A stretch of DNA of 63,909 nt, filler included, from Choristocarpus tenellus KU-1152 (taxonomy: Eukaryota > Protista > Phaeophyceae): the NCBI GenBank assembly GCA_964200185.2. It is 10 parts of 10 records of this genome, joined end to end, with 100 filler letters (N's around TTAATTAATTAA, not from the genome) between each part and the next. Parts side by side here need not be neighbours in the genome. Positions count along the whole stretch, not along the records: positions 4,206 to 21,329 come from CAXNAD020000722.1; positions 21,430 to 24,810 come from CAXNAD020020417.1; positions 24,911 to 28,192 come from CAXNAD020021060.1; 7 more parts are not named here. The stretch is one strand, 5' to 3'. The position numbers and the translations under genes were made by a program. Of this stretch, positions 13,261-25,317 are shown piece by piece. How positions within the stretch are numbered: the stretch's first letter is position 1; every line of letters starts with the position of its first letter. The notes under the pieces were generated by a model. It saw nothing but the letters and a program-made list of their open reading frames with translations, was not told the DNA's origin and ran no database searches.

Positions 13261-16200
13261 ATGAGTTCCTACGTTCGCCTGTCCCTGTCCGCCCTGGCCT
13301 TTACCTTTTTGTCTACGGAAGCTTTTGTTCCCGTTCCGATGCATTTTGCCTCTAAGGTAACCCCAGCCGTTGGAAGGTCGTTTAAGGCACATCAATCTAT
13401 CACACGTCCATTGCTACCACTTATCAGTCGATGTAAACTAGCGCCACAGATGGTTATGACCCCTCAAATGTCTACGAAGGAAGTAGGATCGGCGCCGTTG
13501 GATTGGTCTAACCTTGGTTTTGAGTACAGGGATGTCAACTGTCACGTCAAGTTCGTCTTTCGTGATGGACAATGGAACGAGGGGGAACTTGTTGCGGACC
13601 CATACGTGAAGGTTCATATCGCCAACACAGGCCTGCATTATGGCCAGGCCGTGTTTGAGGGACTAAAGGCATTCCAGAGCAAAGATGGGAGGTAGGTTCT
13701 GTCCCCCCACAATTGCAATACCAATTTATCCAGTATGCTGCGGTCCGACATTACCCAAGAAGTACAGTGGAGCCCCCACTCAGCAAATATAATTATAGTT
13801 TTAGTTATTGGTTTGTTGAGATACCCTTATACAGAACAACTAGTTCTGAACATTGGCAATCATGTACTCTTTCAGCGTGAAGTTGTTCCGACCAGATGAA
13901 AACGCGAAGCGCATCCACGCCAGTGCATCCCGTATTCTGATGGAACCACCTCCTCCGGAGCTCTTTATCAAGGCATGCAAAATGGCGGTCAAGGTGAAAT
14001 ATTAGTACTTCATTGGATGCGCTGTTTGATCATTGCACTTGATTTCCAGCAGCATCACAAAGAGCTCTAGCATATGGGAAAGGGTCCAGGATAGTTAGAT
14101 CTTGACCTCCAGCCGCACAATACAGGCAACTCATTCGCACTGGATGTATGTGGACTATGTAGTGGTAAATTTGCTGAATGCCTTAGTTCTGACCTTCCAC
14201 GATATCCAGGGTATAGGTTGCAGTTGCTGGAACTAGTGCAGCACCCACATCCAGCAATAGGGATTGGTTTCTGCTCGCACCGGGTGGGATTGGATACCAT
14301 TTTTATTGCTTCAGCTTGTCATGGGCTGAAGCTGTTGACATGATGCTACCATTTGATAAGAAATAATCGATTTAATTTCATTTAGGTATGTATTACTGTG
14401 TGTCACATTTCTATGACTGTCATGGCCATTAACTGATACTGAAGTCGACCTGTACTTCTCTCGGAACCCAATGAGCCTACTTCTGTCGCCATTAGCAACA
14501 GCGTTAATTTAATGTTAGAACCCCATGCCTTGTCTTCTCCTCCCCCTTAAATATATCAGGAGAACATTGAGTTCGTCCCACCATATGGGTCAGGTGGCGC
14601 TCTTTACATCCGACCACTTCTGTTTGGAAGTGGGGCGCGAATTGGTCTACAACCCTCTGATGAGTACACATTGCTCGTAATGGCTATACCAGTGGGGAAT
14701 TATTACAAGGGTGGAATGAAGCCTACTACAGCTGTTGTCATTGAAGACTTCGATCGTGCTGCCCCCAAGGGTGTTGGGCATGTGAAGGTCAGAGGTTTAA
14801 ATATTTCTCTATAATCATATCATGCTGAATTCAAAGACAGCCCTCCTCATTCAAATTATGGGTAAAAGCATCACAAACATCTATGAGTAAGAACCTTTTT
14901 TTTTTTCTTCTCTAAGGTATTGGATCTTCCAAGGGTGCACATATGCCCTAGGGTCAAGAGGGGGCCCTCATATATAGAATCGGATCAACTAAAAAAAATG
15001 TGGAATATATGTATACACATGAAAAATGGTGAGGCAGCAGCACCTTGGAAGGCCAGAAGGGCTCCAAGTAAAGGATAGGTATTGGCAGAATGTGCTGAGA
15101 GGGCCAAGATAATGGAGCATTTAATCCCTATTATGTCATGTTATGAATTTTTCTTTTTGCAAGCATGGGGTTTAGATTTTACCCAACAGATCATACCCTC
15201 CTACTTGTGACCTGTTTTGTTCAACCACTCTGAACATTGCGCTCCAGTGAATAGTGTTTAAAAATTCTTGATTCCCGAAGGGCTTTAAGGTCACACAAAA
15301 TTAATTTCAAGGAATGACTCATGTACATACCTCATACCCATGCACATATGAAAATATTCACATAGTTGAACTTGTGAATAAAAACACTGGACAACTTCAG
15401 GTGGCGGGAAACTATGCTGCAGATATGCTGCCCAACATCCTTGCCAAGAAGGCGGGATACCCCATTGGACTGTACCTTGATGCCAAGACCAACTCATTGG
15501 TGGAGGTTTGTCTAAATTGATCCAGAATAGCATGTGGAAGCATATGGTGTTCGTTTGCAAACCTCAGAGGGAAGTAATGATGCCCTCCTGCCCCTCCTAG
15601 TTGGTATATCTTGACTGGTGTCATTTTCTAGGGGTATGTTATCTTGGCAGCATTGCTATAACAAGGTTTGGTTGCTGGAGACATTCCCACTCCCCCACCC
15701 CCGTATCCACCCTGAGCCCGACTACCTTTTTTGGATAGAAGTCTCTTGGGCATGTTGAATTGGTTGGTTTTGATTAATACACTAGCGGTTTCTATATTGC
15801 ATGCAAAAGCAATTGATTTGATAGCAAAACCCCATAGTTTGTACTGTTCTATCTTCCCTAAAATCATTTTCATCTCTCTTCTCTGGCAGGCTGACTGTAC
15901 AAAACCCTCAACCCCATTAAAAATATCCTATGGTATTGATGTCACAGGTAGTCAAGTCTTTTCAGGGAGTGAAGAGTCCATTACATTAATAGTTGGTATT
16001 TCTAGTCTATCTTCGCCTTGAGTTTAGGACTCTGTTGTCGCTGTCCAGGGCCCTTCCATACCAGGCCCAATGCAGTGCACTCCTGTCGCTGAGAAGCAAC
16101 CTATCTTACCGTTCAAAACAGTTGCATACAGTTGCACTTCTCACTTGCATCTTGTGAGTATTGTAACGAAAGAATTGCAACTGAAAAAGGTGGAGCTGAT

Positions 16201-18589
16201 CACTAGACTTGACACATCTTTTGTTCTTATTTCTCCGTAACATCTAAAATGCTGTGCAAATTCCGTGGGGGGTGGGTCACTTTGCAACATGGCATGAACA
16301 CCACTCCGATTGCAGGAGTTTTCAACATCCAACTTCTTTGGAGTGACTGCAGACAATAGGTTTGTCACGCCAGATAGCCCAGCCGTGCTCCCCTCCATCA
16401 CAAACAAATCTCTTATGGACCTGGCAGCAGATGCGGGCATGGTGGTGGAACAACGGGCAGTGGCCTTGAAGGAGGTGTCAGAGTTTGTGGAGGTGGCTGC
16501 TTGTGGGACAGCTGTGGTAATGACCTCTATCAAGCAGATTGTACATGGGGTAGAGGTGAGGCAAAGGGTGTTTTCGAAAGAGTTGGGGTCTGTAGCTGGG
16601 GGGATGTGGGTTGCAGCCGTGTGTGGAATGATGTTGATTGGGTTGTAGTGGCATGCGTGATTTGATTGTGTTTTCTAGTGTCTTTCCTGTTTGTGTATAA
16701 GTAGGTGTGTATTCCCTATAATTGATTGTCAATAGATCATATGTCTCATTTCAATTATGATAACCAGTAACCTCACTGTTTTCAAGACTATGGAGGTTTT
16801 GTTGGGACGCATGATCATTTTGATGTCCTGTGATGCATTTTTAAATTTGTCTCTACCGAGAGTAAGTAAGAATGTGTAGCCAATCAGATCAGTAAGTAAG
16901 AATGTGTAGCCAATTAGATCAGTTTACGTATTTGCAGTAGTTGTGCTTGCAGGAGAGACAGGGGTAAGGATCCAATGGGGCCATGGGACTTGCAATGATA
17001 GTCGTTGCTGTGCAGCTGATTTTTTTGTCTTGTATTGGGCATCTGTCCTGTGGCCTTTATGGTTGTATTTGGACGCTTGTTTCGTAGGGTTAATGTAGTA
17101 CACGTTGCATATATGCTGTTGTGCATGGGAAAGATGAGTCATTGCATGGCTGGCATCGGTTGCAACTGCTTTGAACGAGAGAGTGTAAGGTTGTCGTATT
17201 GGCCTGGTGACAAGTTCTAGACTTGTTTTTCTTTTCAAGGAGTAGGGTTAGCAATATCATGATTTAAAACATCAGATCAAAAGCTTAGATTGTGTTGTCT
17301 CAATATCCTGTACATACATTTTTGTCACATAATATCTTGATAACTCTTTTACTTCTGAACTCGAAATACATCAATGTCTGATTGATAACATTGTTGCAAG
17401 ATGATTTGAAACAGCCAAAGGTATGGGAATTGAAAGCCCAGAATCTAAGTTTTTTCTCAGTGAGTTCACAATCTGATGATATATGTGCTATTTATCAAGA
17501 TAAAAATCGAGTACATTGAGGATACTGGGAGTATTCCAAGAGTGTATTTAAGTGTATTTAAGTGTATGTAAGTGTATGTAAGGCAATAAGGAACGCAATA
17601 GCTTTGTCCAAGTAAAAATATAATTTTCTAGTTCACAAGGCACTTCTCCTCATAACAGTGGTCCTCGGCAAATCAAAACCATCTGAAGTGGCCTTCAAGA
17701 CATGATAATTGGGTCATGCATGCTGCAGGCAATGCGATGCTCATGAAATTACTTGGTTTCAGTGTATGAAATATATTGTTCTATGTTGTTGTTGCCTAGA
17801 CAGTTGTTGAGCGCGTGAGCTTCACACCTTAGGTGGGGTTGCTCCTATAATTAAGCCTGGTTAGTATTGCACTGTTCCAGAGTTCTTTCTGCTCTTAACT
17901 GTTTGCTGTTATTGAAGACCTACAACAATACACCCCAGTCAGTTGTTCCACTGCCGATATAAGTTAACGCTTGTGCTCCTGAGGTTGGAGGGAGGGACGG
18001 AGGGGGAGGACTGGGGTTGAAAAGATCAATCTTGTGGCTCGTTGCTGCAGCTGTGAACATGGACTTGGTCATTTAACACTTTTCACAATCTGCGAAATTG
18101 TTTTGGAACAGGAAAGAATGGGGGACATCAAAGGCATCTACAATAGTGTGATGTGGTCTCTTGCTGTGTGTTGCTGTATTTACAAGGTTTGTGGGTTTCT
18201 GGACAGTGCGACAGAGGGGTTACACTATTATATTATCCAAGATCCCCCTGAAGATACCTAAAGGGCACCGAACTCTCACCTGCTTTTAGGATTCTTTCAA
18301 AGATTCTTTGAGAAACAGCTGCGTTTGAAATGGCTGTAGTTATTGTGTGCAGGTAATGGTAAGAATCTTCCTCCTCAATTGCACAGCATTCCAACGCCAT
18401 CTTGGACCCTTTTGATGAACATCCTGTGGTGTTGTGCTTGTCTCTCCCACTGTGTATTATTTTCAGGTCATTAAGATCAACGGTGGCTCAGATGAGGTTG
18501 GACAGGTGTGCCAGTCGCTGTATGATAGGGTACGAGGAATACAGGTTGGGGAGGAAGAAGATAAGTTTGGGTGGATGGAAACGGTGTGA
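13261..18589 (+). CDS. ilvE: Branched-chain amino acid aminotransferase (PLP fold-type IV), plastid-targeted, complete, 414 aa
   Basis: Exons 13261-13691, 13876-13993, 14560-14787, 15401-15505, 16316-16555 and 18467-18589 total 1245 nt. Motifs LDWSNLGFEY, LHYGQAVFEGLKA, LYIRPLLFG, catalytic Lys HVK|VAGNYA, EEFSTSNFF, VLPSIT, ACGTAVV and EDKFGW. N-terminal signal peptide followed by an ASAFAP-like EA-FVP. Confidence 0.95.
16861..16923. repeat. 30-bp tandem duplication in a BCAT intron
   Basis: agtaagtaagaatgtgtagccaat(c/t)agatc twice. Confidence 0.85.
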
Positions 18590-20439
18590 AGAGTCCTCTA
18601 CTCCTCTGGCCCTGTAGGCTCGCCAGTGACCTCTAGGTCGTCTTGTGCTCTAGGGACATGATTGGAAGATGGTGAGGTGAACTGGGTCGGTGGGTGGGAA
18701 TGTTGCTCTCAGAAGAGGTTCATCTACAGCACTGTCACCCTTCTGATGAGTTATTTTTTTCATACTCCGGAGTATATTTGAAATTTTGACATGGCTGAAC
18801 AGCCTACAAGATTTACAGTGTAGCAATTGTAGTCAGACAGTCACCAATATGGACTGTGCTTATTTTGCATGAAGTAGTGCGTGGAGTTGTTAATTATGTT
18901 GTTGGATATTGAAGGAGAACTATTGCAGCAGTGTATGTGACATATATAGCCAGTGTGAAGTATTGTGAATGGTAGGCAGGTGTTGTAGAATGCCCTTCAG
19001 GTATTATCATCATAATAGTTGACTGTTGTGCTTTGAATAGATACTCTAGGCTGTGGTGATTTTGGGTATCGGTGAGGCTCTGCCTCCATGCTTTGGGATG
19101 CTGCTTGCCCTTTGTCACAGTTGGTTTTCTGATTGCTTGCAGCAACTATAGTGTGTATGAGGAAATTGTTTCATCATATTCTTACGGCGTCTAGCTGTAG
19201 TGGGTATTGTTGCCACATACCAAGTATATCCGATATCTTAATTGAGTTGGGTGAATGAATCCCCTCCCCACTAGGTGGACTGTCTACCTGGAATAGGTTG
19301 AGTGAACCCTCGTGAACAAATAGAGCTCTAACCAGTGTCGTTTCTTGTGTTAATACTAACAAGTGGAGCCAAGTGTTTGACAAGTGTTTGACAAGTCTCT
19401 TCTTCCCTTTCATGTTTTCCCCATGTCTATATGGGCAGTAGGATGCTTTGAGGATTGTATTACAAACCCGACATAATGTGGTCATCTGTTGGAGGTGGCA
19501 CTGCAAGCACTGAATCTCCATGAGTACAGACAGACTTGCTTTGCGTGGTATTTCTTCTTTTGAAAGTTTGTCGCTACCATTTTACCTTGTTGACAAGTGC
19601 CTCAGGGTATTGTGCAAATCGTGTTGCTTACGTGTTTTGTAGTCATGATAGTCATGATAGCTACTAGTAGTGGTTAATAAATGGGAGCAGACGAGATGTC
19701 ACTTGTCTTGTCCTTTTATTCCATACAGTAATTTTGACCCAAACCAATTGAGAGGTGGGGAGGTTTGGACCCTTGTGCGTTCTAAGCTGTCTTTCTTGCC
19801 CCGTGTAATGCACCCTATTTCATTGGCTAATGTCCTCAGTAGTGCACGCAAGATTGTTCTTCCCTCTTTCTACGCACAAAATAACATTGCGGTTCAGTAA
19901 AGGCTCTTCCTGAAATAGTAAAAAATGAAATATTTTAGTCCATTCTTGGGCTTGGTAAAAAATGTTACCCTGCCCACCTCTCGGTTGGTTTACCCCTTCA
20001 CATTGTTTTGAACTGTATAGCGTTTTTTGGCTGTGACACCCACGATCCTCTCACCAAAAAAAAGTGATTGGAGCGAAGGTATGGCATTTGATATTTACTC
20101 TTATTTTTATTGTTATGCCCTCTGATATTTTGCAGATATGTCAAGAGGAAAAACCAATGAAAAGCCATTCAAATGTGAGATCAAGCCCTAAAAAAATAAC
20201 AGTTGTCGTAATGTGAAAGATATGATTCTGTCCTCTGTTTACTATTTCATTACCAGCTATGTTACACCACTGGCCTCCTGTATCTCCAACCTAGCTTAGT
20301 CCTGCACCCCAGAGTGAGGAGCTAGGGAAAGCACCCCAATAATCTAACAAGCCCGTCCTAGCCCATCTCTCTTGTGTCTCCAGGTTAAAACGTCTGAAAC
20401 GTCTAGGTAGAGGTGCTTTTATTGACAGCCCCCCTTCCT

Positions 20440-20570
20440 CCTTCCTCCGTAAGACCGACAGGAATATGTTGGCTCTCATTCCAGGCAACGTGTAGTCACA
20501 GTGGCCTTGTATATAGTGCTTCGCCCACCCCCAGACCATCTCTATCGGGTTCAATTCACAGTATTCTGTA
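20440..20570 (-). pseudogene. IS630/Tc1-mariner-type DDE transposase C-terminal fragment
   Basis: Reads YCELNPIEMVWGWAKHYIQGHCDYTLPGMRANI, containing the (S/C)ELNPIExxW signature around the third catalytic residue. The rest of the transposase is not visible. Confidence 0.7.
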
Positions 20571-20689
20571 AGGGGCAGGCGACAACTCGGAGCTCATTGG
20601 GCGTCACAGTGTCCTGTGAGTGGCTTAAACAGTATTAAGCCAAGGTCCGCCCACGTACTGTTTTGATGTTTACCAATCTTTATTTATTT

Positions 20690-21001
20690 ATTTTTTGAAA
20701 AGTTGACCAACGAGTTAATCAACGATCAGCATATCAAATAAACGCTGTGGATCTATGCTATCTTATCAATTTATGGTATCAATTTATGGAATGGAAGTTC
20801 TTTCGGAAAAAATATTTTTGGCCGTGATAATTCATTCCGAAACATTTTCAAGGTTGTGTCGAAAACATTCAATTCAAATTTAACATTGCCAAAATAATTT
20901 TCCGAAAGAATTCCTTTGCGGATATCGATAGCTTAGATCAAGAGCTTTGATTCGATATGCTGATCGTCGTTTAACTCGTTGGGCAACTTTTTCAAAAAAT
21001 A
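20690..21001. mobile_element. ~310-bp foldback element / long-TIR MITE
   Basis: Left arm ttttttgaaaagttgaccaacgagttaatcaacgatcagcatatc...gctatc pairs with right arm gatagc...gatatgctgatcgtcgtttaactcgttgggcaactttttcaaaaaa. Inner ttctttcggaaaa...ggc / gcc...ttttccgaaagaa also pairs. Confidence 0.75.
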
Positions 21002-21724
21002 TCAAGACCAGTCTGATCCTAGAGGTGATGGCAACATATAGTGGTACACTATTTCCCACTATTTTTTATTTCCTTTTTTCACTACACCATCTCCTATATG
21101 CACGTTTTCAAGTCTGTTTAGTTTTGCTTTTTGACATTCTTGGGCATTTCCAAACGGAAAATCCGTGATGAGTAGGAAGTACACGGCAATTTTTGGCCAT
21201 TTTTGAACAAGACAAATCTGAATGTAGGGTGGATTAGAGAATTCGTTAAATTTTCAAGGCAAATGTGAATCGTGTGATTTTGTGGCAGCGTGGTTCACTC
21301 AGGCAAGGGTGGTGAAGAGAATCACCGGGNNNNNNNNNNNNNNNNNNNNNNNNNNNNNNNNNNNNNNNNNNNNTTAATTAATTAANNNNNNNNNNNNNNN
21401 NNNNNNNNNNNNNNNNNNNNNNNNNNNNNAGCTCTGATACTCCACCCATCCCCCCCGCCTCCCTCCCCCCCTCCCTCCCCCCTCTTACTTCTGTGCAATG
21501 TGCAATCACTCGTACCTTGTACCACAGTTGTTTTTTTAGGTCTTCCTTTTTATATGTGCTTGGTTCACTCTTCAGTGATGCACTTTCACTTAGTTTCCAT
21601 TCAATTCTACTTGATTTTGACTCTGTTCTATTTATAGTAAGGTGATGGTGATGGTGGTTGTGCGCTTTGCTTCCCCTCTCTCCAGCCTAAATCTCTTTGC
21701 TATTTTGTCTCTTTGAATTGACAG

Positions 21725-24649
21725 GCAATCACAGCTCACAGCCGGCAGATACGATTGCCTGCTCATGCTCACAATCTGTTGATGAGTATCAAGAAGGCAG
21801 AAAAGGACCTGAAAAAGTGCTGGGGGTTCAACCCTACAGGAGAGGAGGTGTGTCAAGTCAGATGTGTGTGTGTGTGTGTGTGTGTGTATTGATCTCTTAC
21901 CCCTTTGTGGGTGGGGGAGTTAAGCGAGATAACTGCTCATGGTGTTGAAGAGGCAAATCTGGTACTGCTATGTTATAACCCTATGAACTGGCTCTATTTT
22001 TATGTGTACACTACTACGTACATATGTGTGTGTATGATTTCTCATTTTGGTTGACCCAAGTTATGTGATGCATGGTGGTGTGCTATTCTGGACTTGTGTT
22101 AGGATATACAAGGTGGTCCAAGGTTATTTTATGCCTTGAAACTTCCCCAACATACTCTAGGAGTATACGAGAGGTATTGATAGTCGATGTGGACTGCACT
22201 TATCTGGTAGAGCAGTAGCAAGGGTAGGGAACATGAAATGTCATTTTTGTAGAATCCTTTCATCTTTTCATAACCTTCCTGTTTTTGCATTTAATAAAAT
22301 GTGAAACACATGATATAGTGCAAATTAACTTGTTGATCCAAAGTTCAACTGTTGTATATTCTCTTTTACAATACAGTCCTGACGAAACTGCCTCTTCCGA
22401 AAATAACCTAACTCACATCGCATACTGAATGTGCACTACAGTTACTTTATCGCATGCTAGGAAATTTGGGTGCAAATCCCTACGCAACACAGTGCATTCA
22501 TACTTTGCACTGGATTTTGGAATATATAGTACATGGCTATTCAAAGCAGGAAGCCCTGTCAACTCTGAGGTAGTTTTGTGTAGTGTGCTGCTTAACCAGG
22601 TACTTCAGAGGTGACTGTGGTATTTGCTCATTGCCCCGGCACAAAGGTGTCCAACGCCTTGGCGTAGTAAGGACATGTACATGTGGCCTCATTCAGATGG
22701 TGTTGCGCCTAGTGAAGGGTTGGCACAACATGGTCTCAGAGGGGTGTATGATGCAGGTCTCCCGATTTTGTTGTGTTGCCAAAGGGTGTGTCCTCACCTT
22801 GGAAGGGAGGTGTTGGTGGCACACTCCTCTCCTGGTGATTTGTTCAAATTTGCTTGAGAAGTAGAAATGCTTGGGAGAGAGAACATTAGGTACATGTTTG
22901 TGGGGGACTCTGGCATTGTCTTGTTCTTGTTGGGTTGTCTCTATCTGCATTATCCCCTCCCTCCCCCCCCGTGCCATACAACAAGTAGCGATTATTATTG
23001 AGAAGGTCAAGTTTGACGACTTGGTGTATTTCAACACCTGTTATGTTTTGGGTCAACCATCCTCACCACCTTGTATTCAACAAAGCACCGTTGGACTACA
23101 GGTAGAAGATAGGGTTAGGGTAAAAGAAGGGAAGGTGGGAGGGGGACGTGTTTGGTTTTTTTTTTTAACCAGAACATCCTAGTATGTCTCGATTTCATTT
23201 GTTTTGTACGTTTGGTACCTGACTGACCTTAGAGCTCTCTCCTCTTTCACCAACTAACTAACAGGTTGCACGCTATTTGGATGTGAAGTTAGAGCGTGTT
23301 GAGAAGTATGTAGCCGCTGCAGAGTGCACATCAACGGTATCGTTAGAGGTGAGGCTTCAGCTTACAGCGTCTTCGTGGTCTGTTTCATGTAGGGGTGGGG
23401 TGTGGAATTGATGGCTTGGGTCATTGATGGGAGCAGGTGGTGGGGTAGCTGTGGTGGGTCTTTGGCCTGTGACCAGCAAGTCGCGTTGTACTACCTCCTT
23501 GCTACTTCCACTCTTTCGTTTTGTTTGATCATAAGTCAATGGCAATGTCCCAGTTGCTATCGTTCAACTTTCCTTCCAGCCTGTTCCCCCTGGGGGGCCA
23601 CCTTGGTGTTAGGTTCATGTTTGGTACACGATGTGCGCAGTAATTTGTACAGCATGGAGTGGAACACTAAGACAAGAGTGTTGAACAAATGATGCTGTGA
23701 GAGTTACACCGACTCTTAATAATTTTTTGGTTGGAGCTCGTCCGTCCACTTCTCCTGCTTCACTGCCTCTTCTCTGACCCCCGACCTCTTGTCCCTTCCT
23801 GTCCCCAATGCTGATTTGTTTATCTTGAGCGTAGCATTCACTGGCGTCAAATGCAGACAGGACTTCCCGGGACGATTTCACCATCCAGGACGTGGTTGAG
23901 ACAATAGGGAGGGGCCGGCTTGAAGACGATGCCGATTCTCTCATAGTTCGACAAAACCTGAGAAACATTGTAGAAGATCTGACAGACGACGAGAAACGTA
24001 TAGTGAGCATGAGGTATGAACTGATGCGTGGAGAGAGGGGCATTACTTTTTGTTTTGTATTGCTCTATTTTTTTGGTTCTGGGGAGATAGGTGGGGTTAG
24101 GGTTATAGGGTGTTCCCCTGCCCCAGGCACGAGCCGCTCGTTTGCCTGCGACGGAGTGATGTTGGAATTGAGAGGGAGAGTGATGTGGTGGGGGTGAGTG
24201 AGTGATGTGTTCCGTTGGCCTAGAAAGTGGTGTGTATATGGTATTGTTGGTGTGTTTGATGCCAATTGTGCGTCCTTGTACTGGAGTGATCTCCTTTAAT
24301 AGTCTTGGCGTTGCATCTCCTTGGTAGGCGTCAATTCTCATGGTTAAGAAAAATCGTCTTTGTGTGTATTCCGAAGGCCTCAGAACTTTGTTTTTTCTAC
24401 CTCACTGTTCTTACAAATCATGTGTGTGTATCAGATTAATTCCTCCTCTCTCCCTCTCTCTCCATTTCTTGTCTGTTGCATATAAGATATGGTCTGGATG
24501 GTGGGAGCATGATGACTGTGAGTGAGGTGGCTCGAGTGGGTTGTATTCCCACTCAGCACGTGAAGAAGATAGAGCTCAAGGCCATGAACAAATTGCGCAG
24601 CTCCCACCAGTTGCAACTCTTGCTTGAGGACCCCAGCCGAAAAGGATGA
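21725..24649 (+). CDS. Nuclear-encoded plastid RNA polymerase sigma-70 factor (5'-partial; regions 2.4/3 to 4)
   Basis: Exons 21725-21847, 23265-23348, 23835-24013 and 24487-24649 are in frame. They give AITAHSRQIRLPAH, PTGEEVARYL, TVSLE and LTDDEKRIVSMRYGLDGGSMMTVSEVA...KKIELKAMNKLR, ending at TGA. Confidence 0.88.
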
Positions 24650-25002
24650 AATGTAAAGGTGTCTTTGAGCAAGGCGTTGGAATACCTTGAAGGATTCATT
24701 GACTGAATCCTTTGTTGTTGTTAAGAGACCAGTATCAGCTGGAGTTGGGGTGTGGGGGGGGGGGGGGGGGGAGAAGGGGGGATCATTACCCTATGTCCTG
24801 ATTATTTTTTNNNNNNNNNNNNNNNNNNNNNNNNNNNNNNNNNNNNNNNNNNNNTTAATTAATTAANNNNNNNNNNNNNNNNNNNNNNNNNNNNNNNNNN
24901 NNNNNNNNNNCCCCCAGATGCTTTGACCCTGATCTATGCAGGAGTCCATAGCCCTTCTCCTCACTTTCACCTGTATGCTTTGTAAAACCAACTGGCTCCC
25001 AG

Positions 25003-25317
25003 GACTTCGTCGTATTTCCTTATGCAGAGAGTCTCCTACTCCTACACTCCACTCGGCTGGGCTATCTACCAATTGCTGAGAGAAAGGCAAGAGCGAGGAG
25101 GTCCAGGAAGACCCTTAGAAACATCAATGCTCGGCCACTCCAATGTGACACCCCAGTTCAAGAAGACCTTAGGAACAAGGAACCAGCATTCAACACAGAC
25201 AAGGCAGACCACTCGGTCGACACAGAGGGGTTGGGTGCAGCAAGCGGGGAGGATATGGGGAGCAGTACTGGGTTGCCACTCCAGTCACCACACACATCCA
25301 AAGAAGAGGCATTGTAG
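25003..25317 (+). CDS. Probable terminal exon of an unidentified protein (104 aa)
   Basis: CAG acceptor at 25000-25002, then the open frame DFVVFPYAESLLLLHSTRLGYLPIAERKARARR...SKEEAL*. Upstream exons are cut off by the contig end. Confidence 0.45.
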   Translation, partial: DFVVFPYAESLLLLHSTRLGYLPIAERKARARRSRKTLRNINARPLQCDTPVQEDLRNKEPAFNTDKADHSVDTEGLGAASGEDMGSSTGLPLQSPHTSKEEAL

